From Myxococcales bacterium (lineage in GTDB: Bacteria; Desulfobacterota; Binatia; HRBIN30): 64,000 bases of DNA. The stretch is from contig JBBILD010000008.1 of assembly GCA_037445065.1 (NCBI GenBank), positions 423 through 64,422 on the forward strand, read 5' to 3'. The position numbers and the translations under genes are program-made. This document shows positions 1 to 15,277 of the stretch, one piece after another. Numbering within the stretch: position 1 is the stretch's first letter; each line of letters opens with the position of its first letter. Under the pieces are notes generated by a model, which searched no databases, had not been told where the DNA came from, and was given only the letters and a program-made list of their open reading frames with translations.

Positions 1-111
1 TGCTCCGAGCAGTGGCGCGGCCCTTCCTCCGTTCACTCGTGCGCAAATTGGCATGCGTCGGAGCTGGAAACCGTTGCGCCCAACCGCGTTCCACCCTATA
101 AGCGGCGGGCT

Positions 112-336
112 TTGTTGAACATGTCTCGAGCGATTGCCACGGCTCTAGCTGTGGTGCGAGTGCCCAAGGGAGCACCACGGCCCAGCGACGAAGTGTTTCG
201 TGCGGCTCTGCAAGAGGACCGGAAGCGTTTAGGACTCGAGGAGGCGGAGGCGTTTGCAGACTTCGCGGTCAGCGGGCCCTACCCTGTACTCGTGGATGGA
301 GTGGAGTACGACGAATATGTTGTTTGGGAGCGGTGA
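112..336 (+). CDS. hypothetical small protein (74 aa), convergent with gyrA
   Basis: Open frame only; no recognisable motif. Ends 29 nt before the gyrA stop on the opposite strand. May be spurious in a high-GC genome. Confidence 0.25.
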   Translation: MLNMSRAIATALAVVRVPKGAPRPSDEVFRAALQEDRKRLGLEEAEAFADFAVSGPYPVLVDGVEYDEYVVWER

Positions 337-364
337 GCGGATCCCCCGCCGCTTCCACCGCGGC

Positions 365-5512
<5,148 letters not shown>

Positions 5513-6628
5513 TTACGTGGAGCGCATGGGCATGACGACGTACAAGAAGTCAGGGTCTTCGTCCACCCGGAAAATCGCCTGCGTCGAGTCGTCCTTTAGA
5601 CCAACGGTGGCGTTTGCCTGCCGTGGAAATGTCTCCAGTGCCTCCAAAAGATAGCGCACGTTGAACGCGATGGTAAGCGGCTGCCCACTGTATTCTGCTT
5701 CGACGGTGTCCGTTGCTTCTCCCAACTCAGGGTTCGCTGAGGAGACTTCGACGAAACCCTGTGCGAAGCGGAGTTTCACACCGCGTGTGCGCTCGCTGGA
5801 CAGGATCTCCACGCGCTTCAACGTATCCACCCACGGGCCAACTGGGATGACGGCAGTATTCGGCGAAGTTTCGCGGATCACTTGCCGGTAATCCGGGAAC
5901 TCACCCTGCACTGTTCGCATCGCCAATTCTGTGTCTCCCGCCAGCAAAAAGACGAGCCTGCTTCCCACTCGTACAGAGACATCCTCCGCGGCCGTTTCCA
6001 AAACCTTGAGCATCTCAAAGACACCCTTCCTCGGAACAATCACGCCGCTTGAACCCTGTCGGTCGGGCATATCGAGGCTCTCCTGGCTAAGCCGGTGGCC
6101 ATCCGTGGCAACCAACTTCAACGAGCCACTTTGGCGCAAGTCAAAGTAGATCCCGGCCAGGGAGAGGCGCGTGTCGTCTTCGCAAACAGCAAACGCTGTA
6201 CGCTGCAGCATTCTCCGCAAGTCCGCAGCAGGAATTTTCAGCTCCTCCGAGGAACGATCCTCCTGCACTGAGGGCATGGTGGGGAACTCACCTGGGTCCA
6301 GGCCCATAATCCGAAACTGGGCCCGCCCCGCTCGGATCTCCAGTCGTTGGCGGTCGAGGGAGCGCAAGGTTACCGGCCCATCCGGTGCCGCCCGAATTAC
6401 GTCGTAGAGTACTCGTGCTTGAGCGGTAGCGGCGCCGGGCCGCGTCACCTCGGCAGGACACCGGCGGCGGACCCCTATTTCTTGATCCGTCGCTGCAACT
6501 ACCAGGCTTTCACCGTCGGCTGTCACCAACACGTGAGCCAAGATAGGAAGGGTAACCCGCCGATCAGCGATCCCTTGCGCTAAGTGTAGGGCCTCCAAGA
6601 ATGTCTTTCGTTCGATTGTTAGTTCCAT
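5513..6628 (-). CDS. dnaN: DNA polymerase III beta sliding clamp
   Basis: 371 aa with the three-domain DnaN architecture. N-terminus MELTIERKTFLEAL...LPILAHVLV is typical. Sits between dnaA and gyrB as in many bacteria. Confidence 0.93.
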   Translation of the reverse strand: MELTIERKTFLEALHLAQGIADRRVTLPILAHVLVTADGESLVVAATDQEIGVRRRCPAEVTRPGAATAQARVLYDVIRAAPDGPVTLRSLDRQRLEIRAGRAQFRIMGLDPGEFPTMPSVQEDRSSEELKIPAADLRRMLQRTAFAVCEDDTRLSLAGIYFDLRQSGSLKLVATDGHRLSQESLDMPDRQGSSGVIVPRKGVFEMLKVLETAAEDVSVRVGSRLVFLLAGDTELAMRTVQGEFPDYRQVIRETSPNTAVIPVGPWVDTLKRVEILSSERTRGVKLRFAQGFVEVSSANPELGEATDTVEAEYSGQPLTIAFNVRYLLEALETFPRQANATVGLKDDSTQAIFRVDEDPDFLYVVMPMRST

Positions 6629-6829
6629 GGCGGGAATCCTTTTTGCTGCATACTACTGGGAAGTTTTCTTCAATTGAAGTCGTCGTCGTTGTTTGTTGGG
6701 GATATGTGAGAAGGGTTGCGGCACTAAGGGGAAGCAGGTGAAGGACCTGTGAAGAGGCTCTTGGGGTTGTGGAGAACCGCTGCCCAGTGGCGGAACCTGC
6801 TCTTCTCTCCACAGCACCGTGCTTGTTTC

Positions 6830-8194
6830 TCACAGGCTTTCCCCAAACAGCGCCTGTTCGATCTGCTGCACGGCCATATGGAGACTCGGTTCCTCCTTCA
6901 CACGGCGTTCGATTGTTTGCACGGCGTGCATTGCGGTGGTGTGGTCGCGACGTCCAAAGCGCTCGCCGATCGTTGGAAAAGAAGCGAGCAAGTGCCGGCG
7001 GCAGAGGTACATTGCAATCTGCCTGGGTACAGAAACCGAGCGGTCTCGCCGTTTCGAGCGTAGCTCGGCGGGCCGGATGCCGAAAAACTCCGCCACCACT
7101 TGCTGCACTCGCTCAATGGTCAAAGGTCTCGCTCCTTGTTTGGAGGAAGGGTGGACGACCTCGGCTGCGAGCTGAAGATTTATGTCGCTGCCCTTGAGTG
7201 AGGCAAGCGCGGCCAGCCGGATCAGGCAGCCGTGCAGCTCGCGGGCACTGCTCGCGAGGTGGGTGGCAATGTAGGTGGCGACCTCTTGCGGGAGCTCAAT
7301 TTGCTCCGCCTCCGCCTTTCGCTGGAGGATGGCAATCCTGGTCTCTAGGTCTGGTGGCTGAACGTCCGCCAGTAGCCCCCACTGGAATCGGTTTGCCAGC
7401 CTCTCCTCCAGACCTGCGATTTTCTGTGGCGGGTCCGCGGCCGCCAGAACGATCTGCCGGCCTCGATCGTAGAGGGAGTTGAAGAGATGGAAGAACTCTT
7501 CCTGCGTTCGCTCGCGGTGTGCCAGGGTGTGGACATCGTCCACAAGAAGCAGGTCAAGCTGGCGGTATCGTTGCTTGAAGCTGCTGATTCGCTGTTTGCG
7601 CAGGGCGCTGACCAGCTCGGTCATGAACGTGTCAGCGGTCACATAGCGCACGCGCCAAGTGGGCTGCAGGGCAAGTACGTAGTTTCCGATCGCGTGAAGG
7701 AGATGAGTTTTTCCACATCCAGTCGGCCCGTACAGGAATAAGGGATTGTACTGCTGGGCTGGCTGGCGCGCGACTGCGAGGGCGGCGGCGTGCGCGAATT
7801 GCGTGGTGGCGCCCTGGACAAAGAGGTCAAAGGTGTAGGAGGGTACCAAGCCGGAGTCCGTACCCTTGCTGTTGGTGGGCGTTCCTGCCGGTAGGGAAGC
7901 GGCTCCCTCCGTTAAGGCTGGAAAGAGTTCCCGCTGTGGTGATGCAGCCGAAACCTCGACGGTCATCCTCTGCCCCAGTACGTTAGAGGCTTCCTCCCGC
8001 AGCAGAGGCAGGAACTGCTCGCACACGACCCGCGCGAGGGCCTCGGAAGGTGCCTCCAGGTGAAGGCGGCCTCCTTCCACTCCAACCGCAGCAAGTGGAC
8101 GGAGAAACCTCTCCACGTCGTCTTCCCCGACGCTCGCTGCCAGTCGCTCCAAGAGTTCAGACCAAAGCTCCGCAGGGGTCATAATTCCACACAA
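6830..8194 (-). CDS. dnaA: Chromosomal replication initiator protein DnaA
   Basis: AAA+ Walker A (GPTGCGKTHLLHAIGN), Walker B (LLLVDDVH) and C-terminal DNA-binding domain (IAMYLCRRHL...FGRRDHTTAMHAVQ). The true start is probably MTPAELWSELLERL at ~8182. Confidence 0.93.
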   Translation of the reverse strand: MCGIMTPAELWSELLERLAASVGEDDVERFLRPLAAVGVEGGRLHLEAPSEALARVVCEQFLPLLREEASNVLGQRMTVEVSAASPQRELFPALTEGAASLPAGTPTNSKGTDSGLVPSYTFDLFVQGATTQFAHAAALAVARQPAQQYNPLFLYGPTGCGKTHLLHAIGNYVLALQPTWRVRYVTADTFMTELVSALRKQRISSFKQRYRQLDLLLVDDVHTLAHRERTQEEFFHLFNSLYDRGRQIVLAAADPPQKIAGLEERLANRFQWGLLADVQPPDLETRIAILQRKAEAEQIELPQEVATYIATHLASSARELHGCLIRLAALASLKGSDINLQLAAEVVHPSSKQGARPLTIERVQQVVAEFFGIRPAELRSKRRDRSVSVPRQIAMYLCRRHLLASFPTIGERFGRRDHTTAMHAVQTIERRVKEEPSLHMAVQQIEQALFGESL

Positions 8195-8377
8195 ACGCCA
8201 AAACCATAACGCGTTGATTTAACGAGGGGAAATCCGCGGAGGCGAAGAAAATCCACAACCTTTCCACAGGCTCGGTGGGGCCCTTTTCGGGGTTTTCTTT
8301 CACACGTGGCGTCGGTTGTAAAGAGGGCGGGTTGGTTGTGTGGGAGCCGGTGACGTGGTAGCGGCTTTTAAAGTCAG
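8183..8377. promoter_or_regulatory. Divergent dnaA/hemL intergenic region; candidate oriC module with a DnaA-box-like cluster
   Basis: Three TCCACA cores within ~85 bp: aattCCACAca at 8184-8194, aaaATCCACAa at 8248-8258, tttCCACAg at 8261-8269. Coding strand switches from minus to plus at this point. Two further box-like motifs in the dnaN-dnaA spacer: TGTGGAGAA at 6767-6775 and CTCTCCACA at 6806-6814. Confidence 0.35.
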
Positions 8378-9667
8378 ATGGCGGAGGCGAGGCTTTCAGC
8401 TCTTCTTTTCCAACGTGCCCGGGCTGTCATCCCAGGCGGGGTGAACAGTCCAGTCCGCGCTTGGAGTGCGGTAGGAGGTGAGCCGCGCTTTTTACAGCAG
8501 GGCAAGGGTAGTCGGGTCTGGGACGCGGATGGGAACGAGTATTTGGATTACGTTGGTTCCTGGGGGCCGCTGCTCGCTGGGCATGCCCACCCAGAGGTTG
8601 TGCGTGCCGTGCAGGAGGCGGTACGGGACGGTGCCAGCTTTGGTGCGCCCACCGCACAAGAGGTCGAGTTTGCGGAGGTAGTCTGTAGCGCTCTGCCTTC
8701 CGTGGACCTCGTACGCCTGACCAATTCCGGAACCGAAGCGTGCATGACCGCGCTGCGGCTGGCGCGAGCGTATACGGGGCGAGACCGAATCCTGAAGTTC
8801 GATGGCTGCTACCACGGGCACGCTGACGCACTGCTGGTGCGTGCCGGTTCGGGGGCGGCCACTCTCGGGATTCCGGACAGTGCGGGCGTACCGGTGCCAG
8901 TGGCAGCCAGTACGCTGGTCGTGCCTTTCAACGATGCGGACGCGGTTGCGCAGGCGTTTGTTGACTACCGGCAGCGGATTGCGGCGGTGATCGTCGAGCC
9001 AGTGGTCGGCAACAGCGGAGTGATTCTCCCTCGGCCCGGGTTCTTACAGGCGTTGCGCGATCTTTGCTCAGAGCATGGTGCAGTGCTGGTGTTTGACGAG
9101 GTGATCACTGGATTTCGCTTGGGCTGGAGCGGTGCACAGGGTCTGTACGGAGTCATTCCCGACCTCACCTGTTTGGGAAAAGTAATCGGTGGGGGGTTTC
9201 CGCTGGCGGCTGTCGGTGGGCGGCGGGAAATCATGGAACTTCTGGCTCCCTCTGGGCCGGTCTATCAAGCAGGCACGCTTTCCGGAAACCCTGTGGCAGT
9301 GGCTGCGGGGTTAGCGACCCTACGGCTTCTGCGGCGGCCCGGGACATACGAGCAGATCTCCTCTTTAAGCCAGCTTCTGGTAGAAGGCCTGCGCGATGCA
9401 ATCACCTCGTGCGGGGTTCAAGCTTGCGTAAACGCAGTCGGTTCCATGTGGACGATCTTTTTCGGCGTCGACCGGGTGGAGAACGCCGAGCAGGCACGAG
9501 CTTGTGACCGGGAGCGATTTCGGGCCTGGTTTCACGGCATGCTTGCCGAGGGGGTTTACTTGCCGCCGTCCCCGTTCGAGGCTGCCTTTGTTTCTCTCGC
9601 CCACACCGACGCCGATGTGACCCAGACTGTTGAAGCGGCGCGAAGGGTCCTTCGCCGCCTTCGCTGA
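8378..9667 (+). CDS. hemL: Glutamate-1-semialdehyde 2,1-aminomutase
   Basis: 429 aa class-III aminotransferase. N-terminal motif AVIPGGVNSPVRAW is characteristic of HemL. The PLP-lysine region is present. Confidence 0.9.
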   Translation: MAEARLSALLFQRARAVIPGGVNSPVRAWSAVGGEPRFLQQGKGSRVWDADGNEYLDYVGSWGPLLAGHAHPEVVRAVQEAVRDGASFGAPTAQEVEFAEVVCSALPSVDLVRLTNSGTEACMTALRLARAYTGRDRILKFDGCYHGHADALLVRAGSGAATLGIPDSAGVPVPVAASTLVVPFNDADAVAQAFVDYRQRIAAVIVEPVVGNSGVILPRPGFLQALRDLCSEHGAVLVFDEVITGFRLGWSGAQGLYGVIPDLTCLGKVIGGGFPLAAVGGRREIMELLAPSGPVYQAGTLSGNPVAVAAGLATLRLLRRPGTYEQISSLSQLLVEGLRDAITSCGVQACVNAVGSMWTIFFGVDRVENAEQARACDRERFRAWFHGMLAEGVYLPPSPFEAAFVSLAHTDADVTQTVEAARRVLRRLR

Positions 9668-9671
9668 GGGT

Positions 9672-9908
9672 ATGACTCGCGAGGCGGAGGGTTGGGCGCG
9701 AGGAATCCGCTTTGTCGCGGCAGGAACGGAACTCGCGGCCAGCGTGGTGGCCGGGGTGATTGCAGGATATTACTTCGACCGCTATCTCGGCTCGGCTCCG
9801 TGGCTGACCCTACTCTTCACGCTGGCGGGGCTGTTTGGTGGATTGACGCGATTGTTTTGGACGTTGAAAGCGCTGGAAAAAGTTCGGGAAGAAAACGGTG
9901 ACCGTTAG
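9672..9908 (+). CDS. atpZ: AtpZ-like small membrane protein preceding the F0 genes (putative ATP synthase accessory protein)
   Basis: About 78 aa with two hydrophobic helices (AGTELAASVVAGVIAGYYF, LTLLFTLAGLFGGL). Sits immediately upstream of atpI and atpB. ATG is 4 nt after the hemL stop. Confidence 0.5.
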   Translation: MTREAEGWARGIRFVAAGTELAASVVAGVIAGYYFDRYLGSAPWLTLLFTLAGLFGGLTRLFWTLKALEKVREENGDR

Positions 9909-10278
9909 CCTCGCAATCGCAGTTCGCACCCATCTTCTTCTGACCGCCCTAGGGGCGATCGTCGCGCAGGCGTGCGCGGGGCCTCTGGGCGCGCTGAGTT
10001 TGCTAGGCGGGGCAGCCTTTGCGCTCGGCAATTTGTGGTTTTGGAGCCTGGTTGTGCGGGGATTCACGCAGCGAGTGGCCGAGCGAGGGCCGATCCAGCG
10101 GGTTTGGTTTTGGTCTGGTTTGTGTGGGAAGTTGCTCGCGTTCACGCTGTTAGGCGCAGGGCTGCTGTGGAGGGTGCCCATTGAGCCCTTGAGCTTTGCG
10201 GCGGGGGTGGCGTTGCTGAGCGTGGCGTTCGTGGGGCTGGTGTGGGTTGGGCCTACGGCGCGGCAGCAGGAGGTTTGA
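9898..10278 (+). CDS. atpI: ATP synthase protein I-like membrane protein
   Basis: 126 aa, four predicted TM helices. Located between the AtpZ-like gene and atpB. Overlaps the neighbouring genes. Confidence 0.55.
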   Translation: MTVSLAIAVRTHLLLTALGAIVAQACAGPLGALSLLGGAAFALGNLWFWSLVVRGFTQRVAERGPIQRVWFWSGLCGKLLAFTLLGAGLLWRVPIEPLSFAAGVALLSVAFVGLVWVGPTARQQEV

Positions 10279-11003
10279 CGTTGGAGCACTCGTTCTTGTG
10301 GATCAGCCTCATCCCGGTCCTGCGCGACCTACCCGCGCACACGGTACACGCCGCACTGGTGATGGTGCTGTTGGTGCTTTGGGCGCTGCTCGCCCGGCGA
10401 CAGCTCCAGCGCGCTGCTGACCCGGCTGTGCCCGATGCGCGCTTGACGTTCCGGAACGCCCTCGAGGTGTTCGTGGAGTGGTTCATCGGCTTTATCGAGG
10501 GAGTGGTGGGTCCGGGTGGGCGCAAGTACCTGCACGTTTATGCGACGTTTTTCATTTTCATCCTCACGGCCAACTTGCTTGGGTTGATCCCCGGGTTTTC
10601 CCCGCCGACTAGCGATTTCAACGTTACGTTCGCGTTGGGGGTGCTGTCCCTCGGCTTTTACGTAACGTATGGTCTGCTGCAAAACGGGGTCGCGTACTTG
10701 AAGCACCATCTCGGGCCGATTCTCTGGTTGGCTCCGTTGATGCTCCCGCTCGAGATTGCGGACAACTTGATCCGTCCGGTCTCTCTGGGCTTACGTCTCT
10801 TCGGCAACATGACGGGCGATCACCTGGTGCTCGAAATCTTCACGGACCTGACCAAGCTGGTCATCCCGGTCGCGTTTTATGTATTGGGTGCGTTCGTATC
10901 GCTGGTCCAGGCGTTCGTCTTTACGATGTTGAGCATGGTGTACTTGTCGTTGGCGATTGCAGCACACGACCATCAGGAGCACGGCCAGCATGCGCACGCG
11001 TGA
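10242..11003 (+). CDS. atpB: F0F1 ATP synthase subunit a
   Basis: Conserved subunit-a motifs (LLGLIPGF, LRLFGNMTGDHLVL with the essential Arg). Start may lie slightly downstream. Confidence 0.9.
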   Translation: MGWAYGAAAGGLTLEHSFLWISLIPVLRDLPAHTVHAALVMVLLVLWALLARRQLQRAADPAVPDARLTFRNALEVFVEWFIGFIEGVVGPGGRKYLHVYATFFIFILTANLLGLIPGFSPPTSDFNVTFALGVLSLGFYVTYGLLQNGVAYLKHHLGPILWLAPLMLPLEIADNLIRPVSLGLRLFGNMTGDHLVLEIFTDLTKLVIPVAFYVLGAFVSLVQAFVFTMLSMVYLSLAIAAHDHQEHGQHAHA

Positions 11004-11117
11004 AGAAAGGGAGATAAAAGAACTCGCAAATCCCGCTGACGAGGAGTGCCACTGGAGGCGAGGAGGACAGAGAAGGAGGGGCATATCCCTCGCAGCGAAA
11101 GGCAAAGGAGGAGAAAC

Positions 11118-11426
11118 ATGAGGAACTCGGTGGTACGGTTTGTTTGGCAGTTGTTAGCTCTCTTGTGCGTAGCCTTGCCTGCCGTGGCAGAGGACGGTTC
11201 CGCGAAGGGCTGGATTGGTTTGGGTGCCGGGTTAGGGATCGGTATCGCTGCCGGCGGTGTGGCCTTGGGTCAGGGCCGAACTGGAGCCTCGGCGATGGAA
11301 TCCATCGGCAGAAATCCGAATTCCGCGGATCGGATTCAGACCCCGATGATCATTGCGCTTGCCATGATGGAAGCGCTGGCGATTTACGCTTTGGTGATCA
11401 CGTTTTTCCTGCAAGGGAAAATCTAA
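11118..11426 (+). CDS. atpE: F0F1 ATP synthase subunit c
   Basis: About 102 aa proteolipid. Has the GLGAGLGIGIAAGGVALGQGRTG loop and the conserved carboxylate helix (MMEALAIYALVI). Shine-Dalgarno aaaggagg lies 6 nt upstream of the ATG at 11118. Confidence 0.85.
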   Translation: MRNSVVRFVWQLLALLCVALPAVAEDGSAKGWIGLGAGLGIGIAAGGVALGQGRTGASAMESIGRNPNSADRIQTPMIIALAMMEALAIYALVITFFLQGKI

Positions 11427-11448
11427 GGGTCATCCTGCTTTGTTTGTG

Positions 11449-11500
11449 ACTCGCAGGCCGGGTGGCGCTCTCGCTGGGAGGGCCATCCGGCTTTCTTTTC
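11449..11500 (+). terminator. Possible intrinsic terminator after atpE
   Basis: Imperfect 8-bp stem (ccgggtgg ... ccatccgg with one G-U pair) followed by tttcttttcc. The loop is long, so confidence is low. Confidence 0.3.
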
Positions 11501-11521
11501 CCTAAGGACGGCTAGCCCCCC

Positions 11522-12010
11522 GTGCAAAGCGCAGCCGGAGTGCGGCGGTACCTGTTGGTCTTCATCGCAAGTGGCGCCTTTTCCGGATACGCGCCGGTTG
11601 CCTCGGGTACGGTGGGGACCATGGTTGCGGTTCCGCTGGCGGTACCCGCAAGTTGGTTGTCTGATTGGAGCGCGGGTGCGTACGCGCTTGTGCTCGGAGC
11701 GATCGTGATGCTCGCTTGCTGGGTGGCTGGCCAGGCAGAGCGCATCTTTGGCGAGCATGACAGCCGCCGGATCGTCATTGATGAGATCGTGGGGTACCTG
11801 GTGGCTGTGGCCTTGCTGCCCGCTTCGGGGGTGACCTTGGCCGCGGGGTTTGTGCTGTTTCGAGCTTTTGACGTTGCCAAACCTTTTCCCGCGTCTTGGT
11901 TCGATCGCAACCTGCCCGGGGGCGCTGGTGTGGTGCTGGACGACGTCGTCGCAGGACTTTACACCAACGCGGTGCTCCGCGTTTTCCTGGCGGCGGGCTG
12001 GTTGGTGTAG
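11522..12010 (+). CDS. pgpA: Phosphatidylglycerophosphatase A
   Basis: 162 aa with the PgpA-family signature (RRIVIDEIVGYLVAV and C-terminal VVLDDVVAGLY). Confidence 0.8.
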   Translation: MQSAAGVRRYLLVFIASGAFSGYAPVASGTVGTMVAVPLAVPASWLSDWSAGAYALVLGAIVMLACWVAGQAERIFGEHDSRRIVIDEIVGYLVAVALLPASGVTLAAGFVLFRAFDVAKPFPASWFDRNLPGGAGVVLDDVVAGLYTNAVLRVFLAAGWLV

Positions 12011-12203
12011 AAGTAAGGGCAACGACCACCCGGTTGGACTCTCTCCGGTTGGACTCTCTGTGGACGGGGTGTGGTTCTCGGACTCACAACACCCGCGCTC
12101 CCACGTCCGCGCTTGCTTGCTGGCTTCGGCCCACCGCCGAGGGGCACGAAGCTTGGGTTCGCTAGCGGCGTTTGGCGGGATCGGGTATCGGTATCAGCCA
12201 TGA

Positions 12204-13480
12204 TGGAACGAGCTGTCATTGTGAGCATTGGTGATGAACTCACCACAGGGCGCACCGTCGATACGAACGCCAGCTTGATCGCTGATCAGCTGATGGGAAT
12301 CGGGGTGGAAGTAGTTGCGGTCCTCACGGTGGGGGATTTTCCGGAGCGAATTGCGTGGGCCTTTCGCGAAGCGTTGGAACGCGCGGACATGGTGATTAGC
12401 ACGGGCGGGCTCGGTCCAACGGCCGACGATCTAACTACCGAAACGATCGCGGAAGTCGCGGGGCGGCTGCTCGTGTTCCACGAAGAGGTGGCAGACGCGA
12501 TTCGCCAGCGCTTTGCGGCCATGGGTCGGCAGATGCCCGAGAACAATCTTCGTCAGGCCCGCTTACCGGAGGGTGCGGTGATCCTCCCGAACGCGTTGGG
12601 AACGGCCCCCGGGTTTCGACTGGAGATCTCTTGGAATGGCCAACGTCGCTATCTCTTTGCTCTACCAGGCGTTCCTCGAGAGATGCAGGCACTGCTGCGT
12701 GAACAAGTGCTGCCCTGGTTGCAACAAAGCCGGGGATCCGAGGAAGTCTATGCCAGCCGGGTCTTCCAAACCTTCGGCATTAGCGAATCGGCGTTGGATG
12801 AAATGGTGGCGGGCATCGTTCCGGCTGAAGCGGGCCGCCTCTCGTTTCGCGCTGCCTTTCCAATGATTTCGGTACGTTTGACGGTGCGCGGCCAACCCGC
12901 TGAGGCTAGCCGCCTGCTCGACGAGTACGGGCAGCGTTTAAGAGAGAGACTGGGGGCCTTCTGTTATGGCGAAGGCGAGGTCACAATGGAGGAAGTGGTG
13001 GCCGACTTGTTTCGCAGCCGCGGATGGCAGTTGGCCCTGGCGGAATCGTGCACCGGTGGGCTGATCGGCCACCGTATCACCAACGTTCCGGGTAGCTCCA
13101 AGTTTTTCCGTGGCTCGGTGGTTGCTTACAGCAACGAGGCCAAGGAGGAGTTACTCGGGGTCCGCTCGGAGACGTTGCGCTTGCATGGTGCAGTCAGTGT
13201 AGAAACAGCGGCCGAGATGGCAGCCGGTGCCCGCGACCGGCTCGCGGCGCCTGTGGCGCTGGCGGTCACCGGGATCGCAGGACCCGAAGGAGGTACACCG
13301 GACAAGCCCGTCGGGACCGTGTGCTTTGGCCTGGCCACTCCCGATGGTGTGGTGACACACCGTTACAGCCTGTGGGGCTCGCGTGAGTGGATCAAGACCC
13401 TGGCCTCGCAGATCGGCCTCGATTGGTTGCGCCGTTATGCGCTTGGCGCGGACGTGCCACAGATTCTGGCCGGAAGGTAG
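12204..13480 (+). CDS. cinA: CinA-family competence/damage-inducible protein (N-terminal MoCF-binding domain plus C-terminal PncC-like NMN deamidase domain)
   Basis: MERAVIVSIGDELTTGRTVDTNAS at the start. C-terminal CinA domain (LALAESCTGGLIG...LAVTGIAGPEGG). Start refined to ATG at 12204. Confidence 0.85.
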
Positions 13481-13488
13481 CACTACGT

Positions 13489-14118
13489 ATGGCAGAGGGC
13501 AGGCAAGGCCGCTCTTCCCTGAGGGACTCTCGCACCATCGTGGCGACGAAGATCCGCTGCTTCGTGGCCATTGACGTGGCGGAGGAGGTACGCCAGCGCC
13601 TGGTTGCCTTCGCGCAAGATCTTGCTCAGAGCGGCGCGGATATTCGCTGGGTGCGGCCCGAGGGGTTACACGTGACCCTCAAGTTTCTGGGGCCGGTGGC
13701 TGAGGCAGAGCTGCCAGCCATTTGTGAAGCCGTGCAAAACGTCGCCGGAGCAAGATCGCCGTGGACCATCGTGGTGCGCGATCTCGCTGCCTTCCCTTCC
13801 TTGCGGCGCCCACGGGTCCTTTGGGCTGGCGTTCGGGACGACGGCCAGGTGAGCTCGCTTGCAAGCGCCCTAGAAGAGGCGCTGGAGCCCTTGGGTTTCG
13901 CCCGCGAGGACCGCCCTTTTACCCCCCACATCACCCTCGGCCGGGTGAATAGCTTGCGCGGTTGGGAGAAGCTCGAGGAGCGGCTAAAAAACAACCTCGC
14001 CAGCTTGTGGGGTGAGAGCAAAGTTGACAAGGTGATTGTCTATCGAAGCGATTTGAAACCGACGGGGGCGGTGTACACCCCGCTGTGGACAACGTTTCTC
14101 AAGGAGAACAGAGGCTAG
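13489..14118 (+). CDS. thpR: RNA 2',3'-cyclic phosphodiesterase (2H phosphoesterase, LigT/ThpR)
   Basis: Two H-x-T-x motifs (HVTLKFLG and HITLGRV) about 80 aa apart. Start ATG is 8 nt after the cinA stop. Stop lies 2 nt before the recA ATG. Confidence 0.8.
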   Translation: MAEGRQGRSSLRDSRTIVATKIRCFVAIDVAEEVRQRLVAFAQDLAQSGADIRWVRPEGLHVTLKFLGPVAEAELPAICEAVQNVAGARSPWTIVVRDLAAFPSLRRPRVLWAGVRDDGQVSSLASALEEALEPLGFAREDRPFTPHITLGRVNSLRGWEKLEERLKNNLASLWGESKVDKVIVYRSDLKPTGAVYTPLWTTFLKENRG

Positions 14119-14120
14119 AC

Positions 14121-15191
14121 ATGACGCTCGATCCGAATCGAGAGCGGGCTTTGGACTTGGCCCTTAGCCAAATCGAGAAGCAGTTTGGCAAAGGGGCCAT
14201 CATGAAGTTGGGTGACCAGTCGCTGGTGCGCGACATCGAGGTCGTGCCTACCGGTTCCCTGGGGCTCGATATCGCGCTCGGCGTGGGAGGCGTGCCGCGC
14301 GGTCGAGTCATCGAGATTTACGGTCCGGAGTCCTCCGGCAAGACCACGCTTGCCCTCCAAATCATCGCCGAAGCGCAGCGGCGCGGAGGCGTGGGAGCCT
14401 TTATTGATGCGGAGCACGCGCTGGACATCGGCTACGCGCGTAAGCTCGGGGTAAAGGTGGAGGACTTGCTCGTCTCCCAGCCCGATCATGGCGAGCAGGC
14501 CTTGGAGATCGCAGAGACCTTGGTGCGCAGCGGTGCCATAGACGTCCTGGTCGTAGACTCGGTCGCTGCACTCGTGCCACGCGCCGAAATCGAAGGCGAG
14601 ATGGGCGACCCGCAGATGGGCCTGCAGGCGCGGCTCATGTCGCAGGCGCTGCGCAAGTTGACCGCGACGATTTCCCGTTCGAAAACCATCGTCATCTTCA
14701 TCAACCAGATTCGCATGAAAATCGGGGTCATGTTTGGCAACCCCGAAACCACGACCGGGGGTAACGCCCTCAAGTTCTACGCGTCGGTGCGTATTGACAT
14801 CCGCCGCGTGGGCTCGATCAAACAGGGAGACGAAGTGATCGGGAACCGCACCAAGGTTCGGGTGGTGAAGAATAAAGTCGCCCCCCCATTCAAGGAGGCC
14901 GAGTTCGACATTCTGTATGGTTCGGGAATCTCCAAAGAGGGGGAGCTGGTTGATCTCGGCGCGGAACTCGGCATCATTGAAAAGAGTGGCGCTTGGTACT
15001 CGCTAGACGGTGATCGGATCGGCCAGGGGCGAGAGAATACCAAGGAGTTCTTGCGCGAACACCCGGAAGTTGCATTGCGGATCGAGGAACGCATCCGTCA
15101 AAAGCTCGGCATACCTGCTGGGGTAGGCGCATCGCCGGAGCCAGAGCCAACCGGCCGCGACACAAAAAAGGGTACTCGCGCCGGTAGTTGA
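14121..15191 (+). CDS. recA: Recombinase A
   Basis: Canonical RecA: Walker [14 protein letters not shown]1/L2 loops, [32 protein letters not shown]. Confidence 0.95.
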   Translation: MTLDPNRERALDLALSQIEKQFGKGAIMKLGDQSLVRDIEVVPTGSLGLDIALGVGGVPRGRVIEIYGPESSGKTTLALQIIAEAQRRGGVGAFIDAEHALDIGYARKLGVKVEDLLVSQPDHGEQALEIAETLVRSGAIDVLVVDSVAALVPRAEIEGEMGDPQMGLQARLMSQALRKLTATISRSKTIVIFINQIRMKIGVMFGNPETTTGGNALKFYASVRIDIRRVGSIKQGDEVIGNRTKVRVVKNKVAPPFKEAEFDILYGSGISKEGELVDLGAELGIIEKSGAWYSLDGDRIGQGRENTKEFLREHPEVALRIEERIRQKLGIPAGVGASPEPEPTGRDTKKGTRAGS

Positions 15192-15277
15192 AACGCTTCT
15201 CAACGGGCGGGGTGGCGCTGCCTTTTGCCACTGGCACGTCGGGGGCTCCGGTATGCGGCTTGCATGGCTACTAGCGC

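Noticed and set aside
12071-12203. Upstream extension of cinA (469-aa ORF starting at 12071)
   Set aside because: The extension is Pro/Arg-rich low-complexity text and overlaps the pgpA-cinA spacer. The conserved CinA N-terminus begins at MERAVIVSIGD, so the start was placed at 12204.
14040-14125. Possible LexA/SOS box upstream of recA (inverted repeat TTCTC-AAG-GAGAA)
   Set aside because: The palindrome is only 5 bp and its right arm is the recA Shine-Dalgarno (aaggag). recA is also embedded in the cinA-ligT operon, so its promoter is probably further upstream.
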